From positions 1 through 64,000 of the forward strand of contig JBGPQV010000012.1 in assembly GCA_041489255.1 (NCBI GenBank): a DNA stretch of 64,000 bases. Direction: 5' to 3'. Numbering within the stretch: position 1 is the stretch's first letter; each line of letters starts with the position of its first letter. A program made the position numbers and the translations under genes. This document shows positions 27,808 to 36,560 of this stretch, in pieces. A model generated the notes under the pieces. That model saw only the letters and a list, made by a program, of their open reading frames with translations. It was not told the DNA's origin and searched no databases. The DNA comes from Thermoplasmata archaeon. GTDB taxonomy: Archaea > Thermoplasmatota > Thermoplasmata > RBG-16-68-12 > JAFNFQ01.

Positions 27808-30800
27808 ATGAGCGGAGTGCTAAAGTCCGTGAGCGTGACGTTTGTCTTGATGATCTCTCTTTTCTCGATACTCGTCATGATAGCCCCGAACGCGGCGGCT
27901 GCCCTGAAGACGTGGACGACCGACAATGACTTCAACGACCCTGGAGCCACCTTCACCTCGACGGAGGTCGTCGGGACCGGGGTGGACGCTAAGGTCGAGC
28001 TTCTCAAGGACAACACGGACTGGAAGGACCTGAGCCCCTCCGCGCCGCCGGTGGAGCGAGAGGGCCCTGGAGCGGCGTTTTCATCATACGGCAACAGGAC
28101 GGTGCTGTTCGGCGGGTACAACAACATGCATCTCGGCGAGCTGGACGACACATGGGAGTTCGACTACCCGACAAACACATGGACGATGTACTCGCCGAGC
28201 CCCCACCCGATCGGCAGGGAATATGGCAGGATGTCTTACGACCCGGTGCAGAAGGTGGTCGTCCTGTACGGCGGCCTCAACGGCTCCGCCCCTGACACGT
28301 ACCTGGGAGATACCTGGGAATACAATGTCGTATCCCGGACGTGGACCGAGACCGACCCCGCTGGCCCGCTGATGTCGGCCAGCGCGATGTCTTACGACGC
28401 GGGGGCGAAGATGCACATAATGGTTGGTCGGAACTACACGAGCAACCTCTTCCAGACGTGGGCGTACGACGCTTCGACGAACACATGGACGCTCAAAACG
28501 ACTGGAGGCCCGGTCTCGCGGACAGGCCACTCCGTGGCCTACCACGCGCAGCTGCAGAGGACGGTGCTGTTCGGGGGGTTCGACGATTCCGCGCCCCCCG
28601 GGACGCCGCTCGACGACACTTGGGAGTACAACTACGCGGGGAACACGTGGTCGCAGGTGATCACCGCAGGCCCCGAGGCGCGTCAATCCCACTCCATGAC
28701 CTACCGTCCCGCATCCACGTCGGTCCTCCTGTTCGGCGGCAGGGGCGCCGGGGGCGCGCTGCAGGATACGTGGCGCTACACGAACGCGCGCAGCTGGGCG
28801 GTAGTCGGCGTCAGCACATTCCCGCCGCCCCGCCAGCACATGGCTTTCACATATGACACGCTCTCGGATGTCGCGATCATGTTCGGCGGGCGCGACCCCA
28901 GCTTCAACCAGCTCGGAGACACGTGGAGCCTCGAGGCATCCTATCGCGCGGCGGGGAAGTACGGGTCCGCAGTCTTCGACAGCACTTGCGGCAACGTCGA
29001 CTGGCGGACGCTCTGGTGGAACAAGAGTACACAGCCAGTGAACACCTTCCTACGCTTCCAGCTCGCGACCAGCGACTCCGCCACAGGGCCCTGGAGCTAC
29101 GTCGGACCTGGCGGTTCGATCAGCGCCTACTACACGATGCCCCCGTCGGCGGTCTGGACGGGCCACGACAACCACCGCTTCCTGCGTTTCCTCGGCGACT
29201 TCGGCTCATTCGACACGCACGCGACTCCCAGCATGGAGGACGTCTCGATCGACTACAACTGCCCGCCGACGCCACCGCAGATCGTGGTCACGAACCCCTC
29301 CCACATGCAGAGGGACATACCCTTGCTACGGCCGATCAACGTCACGTTCACGGAGGCGATGGACCCCTCGACGGTGACGTGGCAGTTCCTGCGGGGGACG
29401 AGCGTCACGCTCGTGCCGAACTGGAGCCTGGGCAACGCGTTCCTCAGCCTAACCCATGCCCAGCCCTTCCAGGAGAGCATGTTGTATGAGATCCAGATAT
29501 CTGGAACGGACATGGATGGGAACGGCCTGGCAACCGGTCCCGTGCCGAACCCCTGGATGTTCGTGACGTTGACCTCGTACCCGACCATAGTCAACACGAA
29601 CCCGGCACTGGATGACGCCAACGTTGCCCTGACCGCGAACATCGTGGTTGATTTCAGCGAGGCGATGAACCAGACCTCCGTCACCTACACCATTGACCCG
29701 CTAGTCACGCTCAGCCCCGGATGGTCTAACGGGGATGCAAAGCTCACGCTATCTCACACGGACCCCTTCACGCAATGCACGCCAATCACCGTGGAGGTCA
29801 CGAATGGGACCGACAAGTCCGGGAATCCGCTGCTCCCCGACCTCAAGCCGAACCCGTGGACCTTCACAACCGTGTGCATCAACCCGTTCATCACCGAGGT
29901 CTTCCCGTTCCCCGTGATGCTCGACGTCCCGGTCTCGGCCCCGATCGACGTGAATTTCAGCGAGCCGATGAACATAGCGACGGTGAACTGGACGCTGATC
30001 CGCGGAACCCTGGTGACGTTCACGCCCTCATGGACCGATTCCAACCGGCGGCTGAAGCTCACCCACACCCCGAACTATCCGGGTTGCATGCCTTACGAGG
30101 TCAAGATAGGAGGGAAGGACGTCGACGGGAACGTACTAATCCCGGGGCCGTTCCGCAATTCGCCTCCTAACCCGTGGACCTTCATGACCCTGTGCGCCAG
30201 GCCGTTCATGGTGGACACGCGCCCCCTGAACGGGACGCAGGATGTGGCGCTCAACACGAACATCATGATCGTGTTCAGCGAGCAGATGATCAACTCATCA
30301 CTCCAGCTGTCGATAACCCCGCCGATACAGGAGATCGAGCGCCAGTGGGACGGCGAGAACTACATGGTCACGATTTTGCACACGGGCTTCACGGAATGCA
30401 CGCGATACACCGTTCGCGTCACCGCGGCACGCAGCATGGGAGGCTATGATATCGTGCCCGGCCCGGCTCCGAACCCGTTCGTCTTCGACACGATCTGCGT
30501 GTCGCCGTACGTCCTCTCAACCGATCCCTATCACGGTCAGACGCTTGTGCCGCTCAACAAGGCCATCATAATCACGTTCAACGAGCCCATGATCCCGGGC
30601 TCGGTCTTGTTCGTGCTCAACCCGGACGTGGCTGGCAAGTCACCTTCGTGGTCAGGCGGCAATACGATCCTGACGATCTCTCACTCCACGGACTTCACGG
30701 CGTCCACTGCGTATGTGGCCTTTGTGGACGGCACGGGTGAGGATGGCAGGACCCTCCTCATACCGGGGCCGAGCGTCCCGAACCCGTGGAACTTCACGAC

Positions 30801-31983
30801 GTGGTCCCCCGGGTTCTATCTGGTCTCCACGGACCCGCCGGACAAGGCGCAGAACGTGCCCGTCACCAAGAGCGTCGTCGTCACTTTCAGCGCGGCGGCC
30901 AGCCGAGCCTCGTTCACCGCGGTCTTCTCTCCGACGATAGGCTGGACGCCAACCTGGAGCAACGGTGACAAGACTGTCACTCTCGGTCACGCAACCGCGT
31001 TCGTCGACTGCACCGACTACACGGTGACGGTCACCGTGACAGACACGGGTGGCAGCCCGTTGATCACGGTGCCCGGGTCGGCGCCCAACCCATGGGTGTT
31101 CAAGACATCCTGCGTCCCGCCATTGAGTCCTCCCGGCGGCCTTCGAGTGACGCGCGCCCCGCCCGGCGGCATCACTCTTACATGGAGAGCCGTCGTGGGC
31201 GCAACGAGCTATGTCGTCTACTCCGCGACATCGAAGTCCGCACCGTGGCCTTGGTCGCAACTCGGCGAGGTGCCGACGACGACCTACACCGCCACGGGGC
31301 ACCTGTCCGACGGTTCGTCGCACTTCTACATCGTCAGGGCAAAGGACGCCACGCGGACCAGCGGGAACTCGACGATGGGCGCGAAGGTGCCCCTCACGTT
31401 CCCGTACGATCCGGCGAAGGGCAACATCCATTGGTTCTCGCTGCCCTACAGGTCGGCGTACGCCAAGGCGAGCGACATATCGACCGAGCTCACGTCGACG
31501 CAGATCAGCGTCGTGGCGAAGTGGAACCCAGCGCAGCAGAAGCCGATGCTCTGGTTCTTCTTGCGCAACAAGTGGCGGGGAACTGACTTCACGATCAGCC
31601 CCGGCGACGGCCTGTACATAGGGGCGCGGGTCAGCTTCACGTGGGTCATCGTCGGCACAGACGGTTCGGTCACCCTGTCGTTCAGCCTGAACCCGCCATC
31701 GCGCGGAAACGTGAACTGGATCTCCCTGCCGTACACCTCGACGTACGCGAAAGCGAGCGACATAGTGATGCACATCGAGGGCTCGATCGGGCCGTCGGCC
31801 AACACGAAGATTACCGAGGTGGCGAAGTGGGACATGGCCGCTCAGGCGCTGATCAAGTACGCGTGGTCGCCGTCGGGCTGGTCCGGGACGGACTTCACGT
31901 TCGCCCCCGGGGACGGGCTGTACCTGAAGATAGTCGCCGACTTCACCTGGATGCCTTTCCTGATCACTCCTGAGGTTCCGTAG
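27808..31983 (+). CDS. Secreted protein: Kelch propeller, 6 Big_5-like Ig repeats, FN3, tandem W(F/I)SLPY C-terminal domains; no TM anchor
   Basis: SD GGAGG plus ATG 27808; signal peptide; VLFGG..DTWEY Kelch blades; V.FSE.M...PNPW.F.T repeats; ends ITPEVP. Confidence 0.85.
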   Translation: MSGVLKSVSVTFVLMISLFSILVMIAPNAAAALKTWTTDNDFNDPGATFTSTEVVGTGVDAKVELLKDNTDWKDLSPSAPPVEREGPGAAFSSYGNRTVLFGGYNNMHLGELDDTWEFDYPTNTWTMYSPSPHPIGREYGRMSYDPVQKVVVLYGGLNGSAPDTYLGDTWEYNVVSRTWTETDPAGPLMSASAMSYDAGAKMHIMVGRNYTSNLFQTWAYDASTNTWTLKTTGGPVSRTGHSVAYHAQLQRTVLFGGFDDSAPPGTPLDDTWEYNYAGNTWSQVITAGPEARQSHSMTYRPASTSVLLFGGRGAGGALQDTWRYTNARSWAVVGVSTFPPPRQHMAFTYDTLSDVAIMFGGRDPSFNQLGDTWSLEASYRAAGKYGSAVFDSTCGNVDWRTLWWNKSTQPVNTFLRFQLATSDSATGPWSYVGPGGSISAYYTMPPSAVWTGHDNHRFLRFLGDFGSFDTHATPSMEDVSIDYNCPPTPPQIVVTNPSHMQRDIPLLRPINVTFTEAMDPSTVTWQFLRGTSVTLVPNWSLGNAFLSLTHAQPFQESMLYEIQISGTDMDGNGLATGPVPNPWMFVTLTSYPTIVNTNPALDDANVALTANIVVDFSEAMNQTSVTYTIDPLVTLSPGWSNGDAKLTLSHTDPFTQCTPITVEVTNGTDKSGNPLLPDLKPNPWTFTTVCINPFITEVFPFPVMLDVPVSAPIDVNFSEPMNIATVNWTLIRGTLVTFTPSWTDSNRRLKLTHTPNYPGCMPYEVKIGGKDVDGNVLIPGPFRNSPPNPWTFMTLCARPFMVDTRPLNGTQDVALNTNIMIVFSEQMINSSLQLSITPPIQEIERQWDGENYMVTILHTGFTECTRYTVRVTAARSMGGYDIVPGPAPNPFVFDTICVSPYVLSTDPYHGQTLVPLNKAIIITFNEPMIPGSVLFVLNPDVAGKSPSWSGGNTILTISHSTDFTASTAYVAFVDGTGEDGRTLLIPGPSVPNPWNFTTWSPGFYLVSTDPPDKAQNVPVTKSVVVTFSAAASRASFTAVFSPTIGWTPTWSNGDKTVTLGHATAFVDCTDYTVTVTVTDTGGSPLITVPGSAPNPWVFKTSCVPPLSPPGGLRVTRAPPGGITLTWRAVVGATSYVVYSATSKSAPWPWSQLGEVPTTTYTATGHLSDGSSHFYIVRAKDATRTSGNSTMGAKVPLTFPYDPAKGNIHWFSLPYRSAYAKASDISTELTSTQISVVAKWNPAQQKPMLWFFLRNKWRGTDFTISPGDGLYIGARVSFTWVIVGTDGSVTLSFSLNPPSRGNVNWISLPYTSTYAKASDIVMHIEGSIGPSANTKITEVAKWDMAAQALIKYAWSPSGWSGTDFTFAPGDGLYLKIVADFTWMPFLITPEVP

Positions 31984-32123
31984 GCGGGAGGATTGGAGCT
32001 CCGCACCAGAAACCTTAAGGACGGACTATCTTATGCGTCGGCGGCCGGGGCGGCATCGTAGTCCCCGTCACGAGCCTGATCTCGTCGCGATTCCCGGCCA
32101 GCGTGGGGAAAGAGGTTGAGAGA

Positions 32124-35100
32124 ATGAGTCTGTCAATCATGAGGAGAGTACTTGTCGGAGCAGTTGTCGTAGCGTTCGTGCTGTCAGCGCTCGTCCTGAC
32201 CGTCCCTCGCGTCCAGGCGGCCACCTGGATGCAGGACACGGCAGTGGATTTCGGGCAGGACACCCTGAGCGGCCTGGAGATACTCGGGTCGGGATCACCG
32301 GCCTACCTCCAGATCCTCAAGGACAGCACTGACTGGAAGGAGGAGTCGCCGTCCTCGGATCCTGGCGCCCGGGAAGGCCCCGCCATGGCATACGACTCGG
32401 CGAACGACGTCGTCGTCCTGTTCGGCGGTTACAACTCGCTGAACTTCAATGACACATGGGAGTACACCCCCGGGTCGAACACATGGAGCCAAGTCTCCCC
32501 GCCGACCGCCCCGTCGCCCCGTGCATACGCGGGAATGGCGTATGACAGCGCGCAGAACAGGATAGTGCTCTTCGGCGGAGTGTCCGACTCCGACTACGAG
32601 GCGGACACCTGGGAATACAACGCAGCCGCGAACTCCTGGCAGCAGACGACGCCGGTGACGTCCCCGCCGAAGATGACGACGTATCACCTGACTTTCTACC
32701 AGACGCAGGGGAGGGTGCTCCTCGAGGGCCAGAACCTCCTCACGTCATCCATGGAGACCTGGGCGTACAACGCCGCGACGGACCTGTGGACGAACCGGGG
32801 CCCGACGGCGCAGCCCTCATCGCGATCGAGCCCCGCCCTGAGCTACAACGGGGACTTGGACTGCGCGGTCCTCTTCGGGGGTTTCGACGCGTCGGTCCCG
32901 CCCGGGACAATCCTGGGCGACACATGGGAGTACTCCTGGAGCATGAACACGTGGACGCAGACGGCCAACGCGGGCCCGGCGCCCAGGACCTCACCCGGCA
33001 TGAGCTACAGGTCATCGACCCCCGCCACGTACCTCTTTGGCGGGAAGGACGCGACGACATTCTACGCGGACACATGGCGGTATCCCGACTTCTTCGGCAA
33101 TCACCAGTGGGAATACGTCATGACGCAGCGCAACCCGGTGGGCCGCGCGGTGTTCGGCTTCACCGACGAGACGCCTGCGAAGAAGTCGTTCTTCTACGGC
33201 GGCAGGACGAACGGTGGCCTGCCGACCTCGGACACGTGGTCCATGGGCCCGGTCTACCGCCTCTCCGGCACGGTCGTCTCGAACACGTTCGACAGCGGCG
33301 GTGCGAATGTCGACTGGAACACGATCTCCTGGGTCGGGACATCGAGCCCGCCCACGACGGTCCTGCGATTCATGCTCGCCACGAGCAACGATCCCGCTGG
33401 CCCCTGGGACTATAAGGGACCGGGCGGTTCGGGCAGCGCCTACTACACGGTATCCCCCACCGCCATCTGGACGGGGCACGACGGCCAGCGGTACATGAGG
33501 TACTTCGCGCAGATTTACACCCTTGATGACCTCGTCTCGCCCACCCTCGACAGCATCACGATTGATTATACGGTCGCCGCGTCGAATCCGTACATCATCA
33601 TGACGGATCCGGCCGACCTGAAGCCCCAGGTGCCCACGGACAAGACCATATCGATAAGGTTCAGCGAACCGATGATACCTGGGAGTGTGGATTACACCAT
33701 CGTCCCGAGCCTCACGACGACGAGGGAGTGGTCCGAAGGCAACTCGAAGCTGACGATTAACCACACCGCGCCGCTTCAGCAGTGCAAGCTCTACACCGTA
33801 ACGGTCACGGCGGGGACGGATGTGGACGGGAATCCGCTCGTCCCCGGCCCTGGCCCGACCCCGACGCCGAATCCATGGACATTCACGACAATCTGCATAC
33901 CGCCCGAAATTACCTCGACCGTCCCGATTCAAGGGGCCATAGACGTCGCCCTGAATGCCGACATCGTCGTCACATTCACTGAAGCGATGAACAAGAGCAG
34001 CGTCGTCCCGACGATCACCCCCCTGTTGATCTTGACGCCGACATGGTCGAACGGCGACACGGTTGTGACGTACAGCCACGCGACCGAGTTCACGCAGTGC
34101 GTGGACTACACGGTCGAAATCACCGGAAAGGACGTCGACGGCGCGAACCTCATCCCAGGCATGGCGCCGAATCCTTGGTCGTTCAGGGTGGTGTGCAACA
34201 TACCCTACGTCGTCTCCACCACTCCCATCCACATGCAGATCGACGTGGGCCTTTCGCAGAACATCGTGGTCACGTTCAGCAAGCCGATGAACACGGCGAC
34301 GGTCGTCGCGAACATGAACCCGGTCATCACCCTCAACCCGACGTGGTCCAACGGGGACAAGACGGTGACCTACAGCCACGTCCCGTTCCAGACCTGCACT
34401 GGGTACACGGTGACCATGACCGGCAAGGACACGGTCGGCACCGACCTCTGGACCGGCAGGTACGACGGCTTCGCGGAGAACCCGTGGGCGTTCGCCACAA
34501 CCTGTTCGAACCCGTTCATCGTGTTCACGGTGCCGCCGGACGGGGCGACCGACGTCAATCAGCTCGCGGACATCGTCGTGCAGTTCAGCAAGGCGATGAA
34601 CAACTCGACGGTGACGTACGACCCGCAGCCGAGCGTCCCGCTCAGCGCGATGTGGGATGTCGACAACAAGGTGCTGTTCCTGAACCACACGCAGAGGTTC
34701 ACGTGCGGCGTCCACCAGATGACGATCACCGGCAGGGACACGGGCGGCAACAGCCTCGTCAACGTGCTCGCGCCAAACCCCTGGACGTTCACGCCGTTCT
34801 GTCCGAACCCCTATATCGTCTCGACGGACCCGGCCAACAATACGTTCGGGGTGCCCCTCGACAAGGAAGTGGTCGTCACCTTCAATGAGCCGATGGATCC
34901 CCTCAGTCTGGTCCATTCGCTCACCCCGCCAGACGTCACGATGACGCCGTCATGGTCCGTCGGGAACACGGTCGTGACCTTCACCCATATCGCGCCTCTC
35001 CTGGCCGATACGACCTACCGCTTCTTCGTGGACGGCACGGACGCGGGCGGGAACGGCCTCATACCCGCCACGATCCCGAACCCATGGTGGTTCACCACTG

Positions 35101-36560
35101 TCGGGGCGGCCCCCTACATAGTCTCCACTGTGCCGCCTGATGGCCAGACCCTTGTGCCTCTCAACCAGGACATCGTCGTCACCTTCAGCGAGCCGATGGA
35201 CACAGCGATGACCTCATGTGCGGTGAATCCCTCAACCCCGCCCATGACACCAACATGGTCTGGAGGAAACACCATACTGACGCTCAGCCACGCCACGCCG
35301 TTCAGCCCTCTGACGGCTTACACGGTTACATGCTCGGGGCAAGACCCTGGCGGGAACACCCTCACCACAGGTCCGGTCCCCAACCCGTGGACATTCACGA
35401 CGGCTGCGTTTGTGCCGCCGGAGATAACGCTCACCGATCCGCAAGATGGCGCGATCGACGTGCCCCTCACCCAGGACATCGTCGTCACCTTCAGCGAGCC
35501 GATGAACACAGTGACGGTCTCATGCGTACTGAGTCCGCCCGGTGTCACGCTGACGGCATCGTGGGCTCTCGGTAACACCGTGCTGACCCTCAGCCACGCG
35601 ACGCCGTTCACGGTCTCCACGACGTACACGGTGACGTGTCAGGGCAAGGACATGGACGGGAACGACCTGGTCGCAGGCTCTGTCCCGAACCCGTGGTCCT
35701 TTACGACCGTGGGCGTCCAGCCTCCGGAAGCCCCAGGAGGTCTGCAGGCGGCGAAGGTACCGCCGTCGATCGTCAGGCTGACTTGGAGGGCGGTGACTGG
35801 CGCGGACTCGTACCGCATTTATGAATCCTCCAACAGGTTCGCTGCGTTCCCGTGGACCATCCTCGGAGAAACGTCGGCCACGACATATGACGCGAACCAC
35901 CTCGCTGACGGCCAGACGCACTTCTACATCGTGCGCACCGTAAAGGGCGGCATCGAGAGCACGAACTCGACCATGGCGGTCAAGATCGAGAGGAGCATCG
36001 GCTATAGCCCTACAGGCGCGAACATCTACTGGTTCTCCCTGCCGTATCACACCTCTTACTTGAGGGCGAGCGACATATCGACCGAGCTGACCTCAGCGAA
36101 GATCAGCCTCGTCGCGAAGTGGAACCCCGCCGCGCAGAAGCCGGTCATTTGGTACTACCTCCGCAACAAGTGGCACGGGACTGACTTCACGATCAGTCCA
36201 GGCGAGGGTATCTACATCGGATCCGTGAGCGCATTCTCGTGGGCCATCGTCGGCACCGACGCCAGCGTGATCCTGTCGTTCACATATAATTCCCCGCCGA
36301 AGAACAACATTCACCTGATATCCGTCCCGTCCACAGGAACATACGTCAGGGCGAGCGACGTCGCGAACGAGCTCACGTCGAGCAAGGTCACGGAGATAGG
36401 CTTCTGGGACCCTGTGACTCAGACGATGCTGAGGTGGTACTGGACCGGCTCGACATGGGCGGGCGATGATTTCGCGTTCAATACCGGCGACGGGATTTAC
36501 ATTATGATTGCGTCCAGCTTCACCTGGCAACCCGAACTGATAACACCGGAGGTGGCATGA
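32124..36560 (+). CDS. Paralog of 27808: Kelch, 7 Big_5-like repeats, FN3, tandem C-terminal domains; no TM anchor
   Basis: Collinear homology with the upstream gene; ends ITPEVA. Confidence 0.85.
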   Translation: MSLSIMRRVLVGAVVVAFVLSALVLTVPRVQAATWMQDTAVDFGQDTLSGLEILGSGSPAYLQILKDSTDWKEESPSSDPGAREGPAMAYDSANDVVVLFGGYNSLNFNDTWEYTPGSNTWSQVSPPTAPSPRAYAGMAYDSAQNRIVLFGGVSDSDYEADTWEYNAAANSWQQTTPVTSPPKMTTYHLTFYQTQGRVLLEGQNLLTSSMETWAYNAATDLWTNRGPTAQPSSRSSPALSYNGDLDCAVLFGGFDASVPPGTILGDTWEYSWSMNTWTQTANAGPAPRTSPGMSYRSSTPATYLFGGKDATTFYADTWRYPDFFGNHQWEYVMTQRNPVGRAVFGFTDETPAKKSFFYGGRTNGGLPTSDTWSMGPVYRLSGTVVSNTFDSGGANVDWNTISWVGTSSPPTTVLRFMLATSNDPAGPWDYKGPGGSGSAYYTVSPTAIWTGHDGQRYMRYFAQIYTLDDLVSPTLDSITIDYTVAASNPYIIMTDPADLKPQVPTDKTISIRFSEPMIPGSVDYTIVPSLTTTREWSEGNSKLTINHTAPLQQCKLYTVTVTAGTDVDGNPLVPGPGPTPTPNPWTFTTICIPPEITSTVPIQGAIDVALNADIVVTFTEAMNKSSVVPTITPLLILTPTWSNGDTVVTYSHATEFTQCVDYTVEITGKDVDGANLIPGMAPNPWSFRVVCNIPYVVSTTPIHMQIDVGLSQNIVVTFSKPMNTATVVANMNPVITLNPTWSNGDKTVTYSHVPFQTCTGYTVTMTGKDTVGTDLWTGRYDGFAENPWAFATTCSNPFIVFTVPPDGATDVNQLADIVVQFSKAMNNSTVTYDPQPSVPLSAMWDVDNKVLFLNHTQRFTCGVHQMTITGRDTGGNSLVNVLAPNPWTFTPFCPNPYIVSTDPANNTFGVPLDKEVVVTFNEPMDPLSLVHSLTPPDVTMTPSWSVGNTVVTFTHIAPLLADTTYRFFVDGTDAGGNGLIPATIPNPWWFTTVGAAPYIVSTVPPDGQTLVPLNQDIVVTFSEPMDTAMTSCAVNPSTPPMTPTWSGGNTILTLSHATPFSPLTAYTVTCSGQDPGGNTLTTGPVPNPWTFTTAAFVPPEITLTDPQDGAIDVPLTQDIVVTFSEPMNTVTVSCVLSPPGVTLTASWALGNTVLTLSHATPFTVSTTYTVTCQGKDMDGNDLVAGSVPNPWSFTTVGVQPPEAPGGLQAAKVPPSIVRLTWRAVTGADSYRIYESSNRFAAFPWTILGETSATTYDANHLADGQTHFYIVRTVKGGIESTNSTMAVKIERSIGYSPTGANIYWFSLPYHTSYLRASDISTELTSAKISLVAKWNPAAQKPVIWYYLRNKWHGTDFTISPGEGIYIGSVSAFSWAIVGTDASVILSFTYNSPPKNNIHLISVPSTGTYVRASDVANELTSSKVTEIGFWDPVTQTMLRWYWTGSTWAGDDFAFNTGDGIYIMIASSFTWQPELITPEVA

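Noticed and set aside
31430-36330. Near-identical C-terminal DNA in two paralogs as a DGR template/variable repeat pair
   Set aside because: No reverse transcriptase in the window; both copies are coding; the differences are mostly third-position rather than adenine-specific.
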